A stretch of 64,000 nucleotides of DNA from Solirubrobacterales bacterium (GTDB lineage: Bacteria; Actinomycetota; Thermoleophilia; Solirubrobacterales; 70-9). Position 1 is the first letter of the stretch. Each line of letters begins with the position of its first letter. The DNA is taken from the NCBI GenBank assembly GCA_036787695.1, contig DAIQOT010000001.1, forward strand, positions 3,843 through 67,842, given 5' to 3'. Of the stretch, positions 1 to 8,654 are shown in pieces. The notes beneath the pieces were generated by a model, which did not search any database, was not told where the DNA came from, and was given only the letters and a program-made list of their open reading frames with translations. A program made the position numbers and the translations under genes.

Positions 1-130
1 GAGGTGGCCCTGGGCGTCTCGACAGCGGCCCGGGCAGGCTGTGGCCGCCGTCGAGACGCCAAGTCCGTGAGGGAGATTCAGGGAAGGTCAAGGGTTCGAC
101 ACGAACTCCACCCTTCCGTGCGCCCGGGAT

Positions 131-179
131 GTTGATGGGCCGAAAACTAAACACATAGTTGAGTTTTCGGCCCATCAAC
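131..179. repeat. P-unit palindrome (GTTGATGGGCCGAAAAC ... GTTTTCGGCCCATCAAC)
   Basis: 17-bp perfect inverted arms read directly. The stem extends inward (AACTAAAC/GTTGAGTT). One of five copies in the window. Confidence 0.85.
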
Positions 180-377
180 CCGGGGGTGTCATGCGATGCG
201 CACGAGAGGCGCGTGGATACCGGAGAAGCTGTGACGTTCCGCGCGTCTCTGTGACGTCTCCCCGCACCCTCGGCCGTCTCGGGCACGGCCACAGCCTGCC
301 CGGGCCGTGGCCGAGACGGCCTCGTCCTTTCAGCTTTCGGCCGGCGGCGCGGTGCGACGGTTCGGTGACACCCCGCT

Positions 378-426
378 GTTGATGGGCCGAAAACCGGACA
401 TATAGGGAGGTTTTCGGCCCGTCGAC
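378..426. repeat. P-unit palindrome, variant right arm (GTTTTCGGCCCGTCGAC)
   Basis: Same left arm as 131-179. The right arm has two substitutions. It sits directly after the ssuD-1 stop on the minus strand, so it may act as a terminator. Confidence 0.8.
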
Positions 427-1551
427 CTAGACGACCAAGGGCTCGGGGGAGGCGATCAGGCCTCGGGAGCGGAGGACCGGGATGAGGCCCTCGCCTACTC
501 GGTAGGCCTCCTCCAGGTGGGGGTAGCCGGAGAGGATGAACTCGTCGATGCCCAGGTCGTGGTACTCGGCGATGCGGTCTGCCACTTCGTCGTGACTGCC
601 GACCAGGGCGGTGCCGGCGCCGCCTCGGACCAGGCCGATGCCGGCCCAGAGGTTGGGGGAGACCTCGAGGTTGTCGGTGCGGCCGTTGTGGAGGGCGCGC
701 ATCCTTCGCTGGCCCTCGGATTCGCTCGCCGCCTGGATCGACTGGGCCTTGGCGATCTGCTCGGGGCTGAGGCCGGCGAGGAGGCGGTCGGCGACCTCCC
801 AGGCCTCGTCGGCCGTGTCGCGAGTGATGACGTGGAGGCGGATGCCGAAACCGAGCTCGCGCTCCTCGCGATCGGCCGCCTCCCTCACGGTGTCGAGCTT
901 CGCCGCGACCGCCTCCGGCGGCTCGCCCCAGGTGAGGAAGACATCAGCCCTTCGGGCCGCGACTTCGATCGCCGCCGCCGATGAGCCGCCCAGGTACACC
1001 GTCGGCCAGGCGGGCGGGTCGAGCAGCCTCGCGTCCTCGATCTCGAACCACTCGCCGGAGAAGTTGACCTCCTCCCCGCTCCAGAGCTCTCGCACCACGG
1101 CGAGGAACTCGTCGGCGCGGGCGTAGCGCGAGCCCTTGCCGATCGTGTCGCCGTAGCGGCGCTGCTCGACGGCGTCGCCTCCGACGACCACATTGAGGAG
1201 GAGTCGGTCGCCGGAGACGCGCTGGTAGGTCGCCGCCGCCTGCGCCGCCAGGGTGGGCGACTGGAGCCCGGGCCGGAAGGCGACGAGGAACTTGAAGGTG
1301 CTGGTCAGCTGGGAGAGCGCGGCGGTGACGATCCAGGCGTCGTCGCACCAGGAGCTGGTCGGGGTGAGCGCCGCCTCGAAGCCCATCGCCTCGGCGGCGC
1401 GGGCGACCTGCGACATGTAGGCGAGGTCGCCCTTGCGCTCGGTCGCGCCCGCCTGGCCGCGGCCGTCGCGGGCGCCGATCGCGCTGCCGAAGCTCGGGTT
1501 CGTCCGCGAGTCCCCATTGGTCGGCAGGAACCAATGGACGCGGACGCCCAT
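427..1551 (-). CDS. ssuD: FMNH2-dependent alkanesulfonate monooxygenase (SsuD-type LLM), paralog 1
   Basis: 374 aa. The N-terminus (HWFLPTNGDS) and the LNVVVGGD, RYARADEF and SESEGQRRM blocks look typical of SsuD. ATGA start/stop overlap with the upstream reductase gene. Confidence 0.88.
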   Translation of the reverse strand: MGVRVHWFLPTNGDSRTNPSFGSAIGARDGRGQAGATERKGDLAYMSQVARAAEAMGFEAALTPTSSWCDDAWIVTAALSQLTSTFKFLVAFRPGLQSPTLAAQAAATYQRVSGDRLLLNVVVGGDAVEQRRYGDTIGKGSRYARADEFLAVVRELWSGEEVNFSGEWFEIEDARLLDPPAWPTVYLGGSSAAAIEVAARRADVFLTWGEPPEAVAAKLDTVREAADREERELGFGIRLHVITRDTADEAWEVADRLLAGLSPEQIAKAQSIQAASESEGQRRMRALHNGRTDNLEVSPNLWAGIGLVRGGAGTALVGSHDEVADRIAEYHDLGIDEFILSGYPHLEEAYRVGEGLIPVLRSRGLIASPEPLVV

Positions 1552-2168
1552 CAGCCGGCCGCTTTGGTGCGCGGTTTGACCGCTTTGGCGCCGAGCGGGA
1601 GCGGCTCGGCGACCGCGTCCACCCCGTCGAGCGCGGCGGCCGTCGCGGCGACGCCGGTGAAGAGCTGGTCGAGCACCGTCTCGGCGCGCTCGCCGGGGAC
1701 GCCGTCGGTGAAGTCGGTGCCGTTGAGGTAGACGGCGACCGGCGCCACCACCGCGCCGAAGAAGGTGAGGACATCGCGCAGGTGCCGTTCGGCGCCGAGG
1801 AAGTGGTGGTCGGAGGCGCCCATCGCGACGATGCCGACGACCTTCGCCTGCAGCGCCGGGACCGGCGTCAGGTCGATCAGGTTCTTCAGCGACCCGCTCA
1901 GCGAGCCGCGGTAGATCGGCGTCGCGAAGATCACCGCCTTGGCGTTCTCGATCGCCGCGATCGCGTCGGCGGTGTCGTCGTCGAGGTCCGCGGGCGGGGT
2001 GCCGTTGGCGAAGCCGAGGTCGATCGCCCCGAGGTCGATCAGGTCGGCGCTCGTCCCGCGGGCGGCGGCCCGCTCGATCGCTCTGTCGATCGCCCGGTGC
2101 ATGCGCCCCGGAGGCGTGGTCGATCCGAGGATCACGCGGATATCAATGGGGTTCGTGTCAAGCGGCAA
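1551..2168 (-). CDS. NAD(P)H-dependent FMN reductase (SsuE/MsuE-like, FMN_red fold)
   Basis: IRVILGSTTPPG ... AVIFATPIYRGSLSGSLKNLIDL motif. The start is assigned to TTG 2168, which overlaps the stop of the upstream gene. The ORF-track start at 2249 would overlap that gene by 90 nt, and GTG 2135 is an alternative. Confidence 0.72.
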   Translation of the reverse strand: MPLDTNPIDIRVILGSTTPPGRMHRAIDRAIERAAARGTSADLIDLGAIDLGFANGTPPADLDDDTADAIAAIENAKAVIFATPIYRGSLSGSLKNLIDLTPVPALQAKVVGIVAMGASDHHFLGAERHLRDVLTFFGAVVAPVAVYLNGTDFTDGVPGERAETVLDQLFTGVAATAAALDGVDAVAEPLPLGAKAVKPRTKAAG

Positions 2169-3327
2169 GTTCGTCCTCCTCGATGTGGATCTCCGAATAG
2201 GCGCCGCGGTAGAAGAGCAGCGGTTTCGCTCCCGGCTCGCGGTGCTCAAGGTGGTGCGCGAGGCCGACGACGATCTCGTGGTCGCCGGCCGGGTAGATCG
2301 CCTCGACCTCGCAGGCGATCGTCGCCAGCGCGCCCGGCAGCACCGGGACGCCGAGGTCGTGCTCGTGGAACTCGACCTCGTGGGACGCGACGGCGTCGCC
2401 CTTCTTGGCGAAGCGGTCGGAATGCTCGCGCTGCTCGGCGGCGAGGATGTTGATCGCGAAGCGCCCTTCGGCGCGGACCGCGGCCAGCGTCTCCGAGCTG
2501 CGCGCCAGGCAGGCCAGCAGCAGCGGCGGATCGAGCGAGACCGAGGAGATCGCGTTGGCGGTGGTACCGACCGGGGCGCCGCCCTCCCCGCGCGCGGTGA
2601 CGACGGTCACCCCGGTGGCGAAGTGGCCCATCACGTCGCGCATCTTCCGGCCGACCTGGGCGATCTCGGCGGCGGCCTCCGGGGCCGCGGCGCGCCGGTG
2701 CTCGACCACGTCGGAGACGTTGACGATCACCAGGCCGTGGGACTCGGCGAAGCGCTCGAGATCCTGCTCGCGCGCCATGTGGCCGTCGTCGCGCATCAGC
2801 TGGCAGAGGACGGCGCCGCCGCCGAGGCCCGCGGTGCCCGCCAGGTCGACGGCCGCCTCGGTGCGACCGGCGCGCTCGAGGATGCCGCCCGGGCGGGCGC
2901 GCAACGGGAAGACGTGGCCGGGCTGGACGAGGTCGGCCGGGTCGCTCGCCGGATCGATCGCGGCGGCGATCGTGCGGGCGCGGTCGCCGGCGGAGATGCC
3001 GGTGGTGACGCCCTCCTTCGCCTCGATCGAGACCATCGCCGAGTCGCCGAGCGAGGACTGGTTGCCGCGGTTGCCGATCTGCTCGAGCCCGAGCCGGGCG
3101 CAGTGCTCGGTCGAGAGCGCCAGGCAGACGAGGCCGCGGGCCTCGGTCACCAGGAAGTTGATCGCCGCGGCGTCGGCGAACTCGGCGGCGATCAGCAGGT
3201 CGCCCTCGCCCTGGCGCTCGCGGTCGTCGCGCAGCAGGACCATGCGGCCCGCCGCCAGCTCCTCGGTGGCGACCGTGAAGGCGTCGCGCGCGACGGGGAC
3301 GTTCGGGACGAGGTCGAGCGGGTTCAT
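2158..3327 (-). CDS. Fusion protein: RibB-like (DHBP-synthase-like) domain + flavin reductase domain, paralog 1
   Basis: 389 aa from ATG 3327 (GGAGGG Shine-Dalgarno upstream). The N-terminal half carries RQGEGD, GVTTGISAGDR, PGHVFPL and TEAAVDL. The C-terminal half carries GHFATGVTVVT, SVSLDPPLLL and PLLFYRG (HpaC/Flavin_Reduct type). The upstream part of the 572-aa ORF is Arg/Pro-rich and non-coding-like. Confidence 0.85.
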   Translation of the reverse strand: MNPLDLVPNVPVARDAFTVATEELAAGRMVLLRDDRERQGEGDLLIAAEFADAAAINFLVTEARGLVCLALSTEHCARLGLEQIGNRGNQSSLGDSAMVSIEAKEGVTTGISAGDRARTIAAAIDPASDPADLVQPGHVFPLRARPGGILERAGRTEAAVDLAGTAGLGGGAVLCQLMRDDGHMAREQDLERFAESHGLVIVNVSDVVEHRRAAAPEAAAEIAQVGRKMRDVMGHFATGVTVVTARGEGGAPVGTTANAISSVSLDPPLLLACLARSSETLAAVRAEGRFAINILAAEQREHSDRFAKKGDAVASHEVEFHEHDLGVPVLPGALATIACEVEAIYPAGDHEIVVGLAHHLEHREPGAKPLLFYRGAYSEIHIEEDELAA

Positions 3328-3379
3328 CGGGCGGCCCTCCAGGGGGTCGGGGTGACGCGAAGCGGGCGCGGCGGGCCCA

Positions 3380-4840
3380 TCAGGCGGCCTGCCACTTCGT
3401 CGGCCCGGCGGCGAACGGGCGCAGCTCGGTCGGCAGCGGCATCTCTTCGGTTTCGCCGGTCCGCACGATCCGCCGGGCGATCGCGCCGGCGTGGTCGCGG
3501 ATCTCGGTGATCCCGATCGCCTCCCACTCGACCCCTTTGCGCACCGCCCCGACGGCGAAGATCCGGTCGGAGGCCAACCCCTCGGAGTCGAGCAGCGCTC
3601 CGTCCTCGGCGACGTCGAGGCCGAGGCCGAGCTCGTCGGCGCGGGCGCGGCCGGCGGCGAGCAGGCCCGCGAGGATCGGCGGCGCCTGTCGGCGGAGGTC
3701 GAAGCCCGCGCCCGTACAGTCGACGATCCGGTCGACCTCGACCATGTCGAGCTCATGGGCGCCGGGCGTGCGCAGGAAGACGCGAGCGCCGCGGCCGTGG
3801 GATTCGAGCGAGACGATCGAGGCGGCGCCGGTTTCGAGGCGCCCGGCGGCGACGAGCGCGTCGTAGCGGTCGGCAACCTCGGGTGCCATGCGGAAGCGGT
3901 GGACGTCCCAGAAGCGCTGGTACTCGGAGAGGAAGCGTTCCTTTTCCTCCAGCTTCAGCGCCTTCCACAGCTGCGGCGTCGCCGGGCGCATCGAGTCGAT
4001 CACGTCGCGCCAGTCGTCGCCCTGGCGGGAGACGCGGCCGACCTGGGCGAGGAAGGCGGCGAGCATCGGCTCGATCGTCCCGGTCTCGGTCGGGACGTGG
4101 AAGCGGCGCACGTTGGTGAGGCCGGGACGATGGCGGCGCGGCACGAGGCCGTGGCGGGAGACGGCGCGGACGCGCGGCCCCTCGCCCTCCTCGCCGAGTG
4201 TCAGCGCGACATCGACCATCGAGAGGCCGCTGCCGACGATCAGCACCGAGCGCTCGCGCCGCGCCTCGTCGAGGGCGCCCGCCGCCCACGGATCGGAGAT
4301 CCAGACGCCGGACTTCTTCAGCTCGGCCGGGACCGTGATCGGGTCGCCCGCCTGCAGCGGGCCGAGCGCGAGGACGACGCGGTCGGCCTCGATCCGCTCG
4401 CCGTCGGCCAGGTTCAGTTCGAGGACCGGATCGGCGGCGCCGGCGCGGACGGCGATCGAGGTGACGTCGCCCTGGACCCGCCGCACCCGCGCGTCGATCG
4501 CCTCGCGTTCGCCGCGGGCGAGCAGGTCACGGAGGTAGGTGGCGTAGAGGCCGCGCGGCAGGAAGGCCTCCTCGGCGACGTCTTCGCCACGCTCGGACAG
4601 CCACTCGTGGAAGTGCTCGGGATGCCCGGAGATCCCGCCCATCCGCACCGCCGGGACGTTCAGCAGGTGGAGCGGATCCTCGGTCCCGTAGGCGACGCCG
4701 GCGCCGAAGCTCCCGTCCCGGTCGATCAGGTCGATCTCGAGGGCGCCGCGTTCTCGGTGCTCGCAGAGCAGGTGGATCGCGACGAGCGCACCGGCGGCCC
4801 CGCCGCCGACGATCGCGACTCTCTGCGCCGGTTCGATCAT
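3380..4840 (-). CDS. FAD/NAD(P)-binding oxidoreductase (PF13454-like), paralog 1
   Basis: Rossmann motif VAIVGGGAAG at the N-terminus and a second dinucleotide motif LIVGSGLSMVD. Start set to ATG 4840 by analogy with the paralog at 30625-32088. GTG 4867 is the ORF-track start. Confidence 0.72.
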   Translation of the reverse strand: MIEPAQRVAIVGGGAAGALVAIHLLCEHRERGALEIDLIDRDGSFGAGVAYGTEDPLHLLNVPAVRMGGISGHPEHFHEWLSERGEDVAEEAFLPRGLYATYLRDLLARGEREAIDARVRRVQGDVTSIAVRAGAADPVLELNLADGERIEADRVVLALGPLQAGDPITVPAELKKSGVWISDPWAAGALDEARRERSVLIVGSGLSMVDVALTLGEEGEGPRVRAVSRHGLVPRRHRPGLTNVRRFHVPTETGTIEPMLAAFLAQVGRVSRQGDDWRDVIDSMRPATPQLWKALKLEEKERFLSEYQRFWDVHRFRMAPEVADRYDALVAAGRLETGAASIVSLESHGRGARVFLRTPGAHELDMVEVDRIVDCTGAGFDLRRQAPPILAGLLAAGRARADELGLGLDVAEDGALLDSEGLASDRIFAVGAVRKGVEWEAIGITEIRDHAGAIARRIVRTGETEEMPLPTELRPFAAGPTKWQAA

Positions 4841-4921
4841 TTGAGTTTCTGAATCTCCAAAGTCCACTATTACCCGATCATTCTTGCCGCAAAAGGGTGT
4901 AATTGGCGTTGAACAGTCGAG

Positions 4922-4961
4922 CCGGCCGGGACCTTCGACGCTCCGCGAAGGCCCCGGCCGG
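4922..4961 (-). terminator. GC-rich hairpin after the LLM gene at 4967-6082
   Basis: Arms CCGGCCGGGACCTTCG / CGAAGGCCCCGGCCGG match at 15 of 16 positions with an 8-nt loop. It lies 6 nt downstream of the stop codon. An AT-richer stretch follows before the next gene. Confidence 0.6.
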
Positions 4962-4966
4962 TCCGC

Positions 4967-6082
4967 TCAGGCGGCGACTTTCTCGCCGGCGCGCTCGCGG
5001 TGCGCCAGCTCCTGCCGCACGATCGGCAGCAGGTCGCGGCCGTAGTCGATCGCGTCGTCGAGCGGGTCGTAGCCGCGGATCAGGATCGTCGAGACGCCGA
5101 TGTCGACGTACTCGAGCAGCGCCTCGGCGACCGTCTCCGGCGAGCCGACCAGGGCGGTCGAGTTGCCCGGCGCGCCGGTCGCCATCGCCAGCGGGGTCCA
5201 CAGCGCCTTGCCGTGGAGCTCACCGCGCTCGGCCGCTTTCAGCTGCCGCTGCGAGCCGCCGGTCGGCGGCGCGTCCTTCAGCGCCCGCCAGCCACGGAAG
5301 TTCTGGCCCTCCTTGATCCGCGCGGTCGTCGTGTCGAGGATCCGGTGCGCGCGCTCCCAGGCGAGCTCGTCGGTGGCGCCGAGGATCGGCCGGAAGGAGA
5401 CGTGGATCCGCGGCGGCTCGGTCCGCCCGGCGGCCTCCGCCTCGGCTTTGATCCGGGCGATCTCCTCGGCGACCTGGTCGACCGGCTGGCCGAAGATCGC
5501 GTAGGTGTCGGCCTCGGCGGCGCCGACCGCGTAGGCGGTCTCCGAGGAGCCACCGAAGGAGATCGGGATCCGCGGCTTCTGGAACGGCTTCATTTCGGCC
5601 GAGTAGCCCTCGAGCTTGTAGAACTCGCCGTCGTAGTCGAACGGCTCCTCGGCGGTCCACGCCAGCTTCAGGATCTGCAGGTACTCGCGGGTGCGGGCGT
5701 AGCGCTGCTCCTTGTCGAGGTAGTCGCCGTCGCGGCGCTGCTCGACCTCGAAGCCGCCGGTGATCGTGTGCAGCGCGGTCCGCCCCTCGTTGAACTGGTC
5801 GAGGGTGGCGAAGGTGCGCGCGGCGACGGTCGGGAAGACGACGCCGGGACGGTGGGCGACGAGGTACTTCAGCCGCTCGGTGTGGGCCGAGGCGTAGGCG
5901 GCGACCTGGAGGCCGTCGGGCGAGCCCGAGCTGTAGCCGATCAGGACTTTGTCGAACCCGCCGTCCTCGTGGGCGCGGGCGAAGCGGCGCACGTACTCGC
6001 GGTCGACCAGCGGGCCGCCTTTGGAGGCGCGCGTCTCGGACTGGTCGAGCGTGGCGATCATGCCGACGAACTCAACTGACAT
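4967..6082 (-). CDS. LLM-class flavin-dependent oxidoreductase, distant SsuD relative
   Basis: 371 aa with HTITGG ... EQRRDGDYLDKEQRYARTREYL and GNSTALVGSPETVAEAL blocks typical of the SsuD-like LLM fold. The start overlaps the upstream ABC ATPase stop by 11 nt. Confidence 0.8.
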   Translation of the reverse strand: MSVEFVGMIATLDQSETRASKGGPLVDREYVRRFARAHEDGGFDKVLIGYSSGSPDGLQVAAYASAHTERLKYLVAHRPGVVFPTVAARTFATLDQFNEGRTALHTITGGFEVEQRRDGDYLDKEQRYARTREYLQILKLAWTAEEPFDYDGEFYKLEGYSAEMKPFQKPRIPISFGGSSETAYAVGAAEADTYAIFGQPVDQVAEEIARIKAEAEAAGRTEPPRIHVSFRPILGATDELAWERAHRILDTTTARIKEGQNFRGWRALKDAPPTGGSQRQLKAAERGELHGKALWTPLAMATGAPGNSTALVGSPETVAEALLEYVDIGVSTILIRGYDPLDDAIDYGRDLLPIVRQELAHRERAGEKVAA

Positions 6083-6878
6083 AGGTGAACTCCTTTATCT
6101 CGGGGACGGCCGCCGCCTCGAGCAGCAACCGCGTGTACTCGTGCTTCGGGGCGGCGAAGATCTCGGCCGTCTTGCCGACCTCGACCACGACCCCCTCGCA
6201 GAGGACCGCGATCCGGTCGGCGAAGCCGGGCATGCTGGCGAGGTCGTGCGAGATGACGACCATCGAGGTGCCGGTCTCGTCGCGCAGCTTCTGCAGCAGC
6301 GACAGGATCGCGGCGCGGCTGGAGGCGTCGAGGGCGCTGACCGGCTCGTCGCAGATCAAGAGCTTCGGCTCCGGCACGAGGGCGCGGGCGATCGCCACGC
6401 GCTGACGCTGGCCGCCGGAGATCCGCCCCGGCCGGCGGTCGAGCAGCCCGGGATCGAGACCGACCAGCTCGAGCGCCTTGGCGGCCCGGGCGCGGCGCTC
6501 GGCGCGGTCGCCGGTGCCGGCGATCGCGAGGCTCTCGACGATCGTGTCGGCGACGGTGACGGTCGGGTCGAGCGAGCGCAGCGGGTCCTGGAAGACGAGC
6601 TGCATGTTGCCTTCGCGGCGCAGCTTGCGACGGGCGCGGCCGCGCAGCTTGGCGATCTCCTGGCCGTCGAAGACGATGCTGCCGGCGCTCGGCTTGACCA
6701 GTCCCATGACCGTCCGCCCGAGCGTCGTCTTGCCCGAGCCGGTCTCGCCGACGACGGCGACGATCTCGCGCGGCTCGACGTCGAGGTCGACCCCTTTGAG
6801 GACGCCGCGGCCCGCGCCGGGGAAGGCGACCTCGAGGTCGCGGATGCTGAGCAGTGAGCTGCCCTTGTTCTCTGGCAT
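6072..6878 (-). CDS. ABC transporter ATP-binding protein (DppF/OppF-like)
   Basis: Walker [10 protein letters not shown], signature SGGQRQR, Walker B LLICDEP. ATG 6878 overlaps the upstream stop (ATGA). Confidence 0.9.
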   Translation of the reverse strand: MPENKGSSLLSIRDLEVAFPGAGRGVLKGVDLDVEPREIVAVVGETGSGKTTLGRTVMGLVKPSAGSIVFDGQEIAKLRGRARRKLRREGNMQLVFQDPLRSLDPTVTVADTIVESLAIAGTGDRAERRARAAKALELVGLDPGLLDRRPGRISGGQRQRVAIARALVPEPKLLICDEPVSALDASSRAAILSLLQKLRDETGTSMVVISHDLASMPGFADRIAVLCEGVVVEVGKTAEIFAAPKHEYTRLLLEAAAVPEIKEFTYVS

Positions 6879-7753
6879 CAGATTGCCTCCGCTTGCAGCG
6901 CCTGGACGCGACTTGCGACCCCCGATGCGGCGACCAGGCCTTGGGTGTGGGAATGGGTGGGGTTCGCGAGGATCTCCATCGTCGGCCCGGCCTCGACCAC
7001 GTGGCCTTTGTGGAAGACGCAGACGTCGTCGCAGATCGCGGCGATCACGTCGAGGTCGTGGGAGACGAAGAGGACGGCGAGGCCGAGCCGCTCGCGGAGC
7101 TCCCGCAGCAGCGCCAGGATCTCGCCCTGGGTTTTCACGTCGAGCGCGGTGGTCGGCTCGTCGGCGATCAGCAGGTCGGGGTCGCAGGAGATCGCCATCG
7201 CCATCATCACCCGCTGCTGCATGCCGCCGGAGAGGTGGGCCGGGATCTGGTGGTAGACCCGGTCGGGTTCGCGCAGGCCGACCATGTCGAAGAGCTCGAC
7301 CGCGCGGCGCTTGGCCTCCTTGCGGTCCTTGCCGCCCTTGACGCGGAGGAGTTCGGAGAGCTGGCGGCCGACCGACAGCGACGGGTTGAGGTAGGACGCC
7401 GGGTCCTGGAAGACGGCGCCGACGCGGGTGCTGCGGATCTTCCGCCACTGGCGCTCGTCGAAGGCGGCGAGGCCCTGGCCGTCGAACTCGATCGTGCCGC
7501 CGGCCTGGGTGCAGCCGGGCGGCAGGATGCCGAGCACGGCGCGGCAGGTCAGCGTCTTGCCGCTGCCCGATTCGCCGACCAGGCCGAGCGAGCGGCCGCG
7601 GGCGAGGCCGAAGGAGACGCCCTCGACCGTGGTCCGCGTGCCGTCGTCGGTGGGGACGGCGATCGAGAGGTCCTCGACCCGCAGCAGCGGCGCCCGCTCG
7701 GCGACGGCGCTCGCCCCGTTCCCGTTGGTGATGTGTCCGTTCGTCTCAGGCAC
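6878..7753 (-). CDS. ABC transporter ATP-binding protein (DppD/OppD-like)
   Basis: Walker A GESGSGKT, signature LSGGMQQR, Walker [16 protein letters not shown] start overlaps the permease stop. Confidence 0.9.
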   Translation of the reverse strand: MPETNGHITNGNGASAVAERAPLLRVEDLSIAVPTDDGTRTTVEGVSFGLARGRSLGLVGESGSGKTLTCRAVLGILPPGCTQAGGTIEFDGQGLAAFDERQWRKIRSTRVGAVFQDPASYLNPSLSVGRQLSELLRVKGGKDRKEAKRRAVELFDMVGLREPDRVYHQIPAHLSGGMQQRVMMAMAISCDPDLLIADEPTTALDVKTQGEILALLRELRERLGLAVLFVSHDLDVIAAICDDVCVFHKGHVVEAGPTMEILANPTHSHTQGLVAASGVASRVQALQAEAI

Positions 7754-8654
7754 CTTGGGCTCCCGCCAGCTCGCTGGTCAACAGAGAATCGAGATCGTGC
7801 GCGGGCGCCTCCTGGCCGGTCTCACCGTGGCCGCCGGCGTGGGCGCCGAGGCCGTCGCGGAGACCGTCGGCGACCGCGTTGCAGGCCCAGACCGTGATCG
7901 CGATCGCCAGCCCGGGCCAGATCGCCGCGCTCCAGTCCTGGTAGAGGTACTGGACGTCGGAGGCGAGCATGCCGCCCCAACTCGGCGCCGGCGCCTTCAC
8001 GCCGATGCCGAGGAAGTCGAGGCTGGAGAGGGCGAGGATCGCGTAGCCGAGCGAGGTCGCGCCGGTGACCGCGAGCGTCGGCAGCGCCTTGCTCCAGATG
8101 TGGCGACGGATGACCCAGAAGCGCGAGGCGCCGAAGAGCTGGGCCGCCTCGACGTACTGCTCGGAGGCGAAGCCGAGCGTCTCCGCCCGGGCGATGCGGA
8201 AGAAGCGCGGCGCCAGCAGCACGCCGACGGCGAGGACCACGGCGCCGGTCCCGTTGGAGAAGAGGCCGGTCGCGGCGACCGCGAGGACGATGATCGGCAG
8301 GGTCAGCAGCGAGTCGACGAAGCGCATGACGAAGAACTCCGAGGTGCGCCCGAGGAAGGCCGAGAGGATCCCCGGCACGGCCCCGATCAGGAAGCCGAGC
8401 AAGACCGTGGCGAGCGAGCCGAGAACCGTCACCCGGGTGCCGGCGATCAGCCGGCTGAGGGTGTCGCGGCCGAGGTAGTCGGTCCCCAGCAGATTGCCGG
8501 AGCTCGGGCCCTGGAAGTGGTTGGGGACGTTCTGCGCCAGCGGATCGTTCGGGGCCAGGAGGCCGCCGGTGATCGTCAGGATCAGGACGACGAAGAGGAC
8601 GAAGGCGGCGACCTTGGTCGAGGGCGAGGCGAAGACGCGACGGACGGTATTCAC
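7746..8654 (-). CDS. ABC transporter permease (DppC/OppC-like)
   Basis: Multi-TM protein with the LGTDYLGRD N-terminal motif and a BPD-transport EAA-like loop (EAAQLFGASR). GTG 8654 overlaps the upstream stop (GTGA). Confidence 0.85.
   Translation of the reverse strand: MNTVRRVFASPSTKVAAFVLFVVLILTITGGLLAPNDPLAQNVPNHFQGPSSGNLLGTDYLGRDTLSRLIAGTRVTVLGSLATVLLGFLIGAVPGILSAFLGRTSEFFVMRFVDSLLTLPIIVLAVAATGLFSNGTGAVVLAVGVLLAPRFFRIARAETLGFASEQYVEAAQLFGASRFWVIRRHIWSKALPTLAVTGATSLGYAILALSSLDFLGIGVKAPAPSWGGMLASDVQYLYQDWSAAIWPGLAIAITVWACNAVADGLRDGLGAHAGGHGETGQEAPAHDLDSLLTSELAGAQGA

Larger units (their letters stand above)
1..426. repeat. Mosaic palindromic intergenic element, copy 1 (left end cut by window edge)
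   Basis: Aligns to 17369-17794 at a constant offset of 17368 with few substitutions, and 198-426 is identical. Contains H-unit hairpins at 10-63 and 272-321 in opposite orientation, and P-unit hairpins at 131-179 and 378-426. Abuts the ssuD-1 stop codon. Confidence 0.8.

Noticed and set aside
191-382. 63-aa ORF (MRCAREARGYRRS...), almost identically repeated at 17559-17750
   Set aside because: It lies wholly inside the palindromic mosaic repeat. It is Arg/Pro-rich with no Shine-Dalgarno. Its conservation is explained by the nucleotide-level duplication, so it is not credible as a gene.
131-426. Repeated hairpins as a possible CRISPR array
   Set aside because: There are only two palindromic units per locus and the spacing is irregular. 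The repeats are long perfect palindromes. No cas genes are present in the window.
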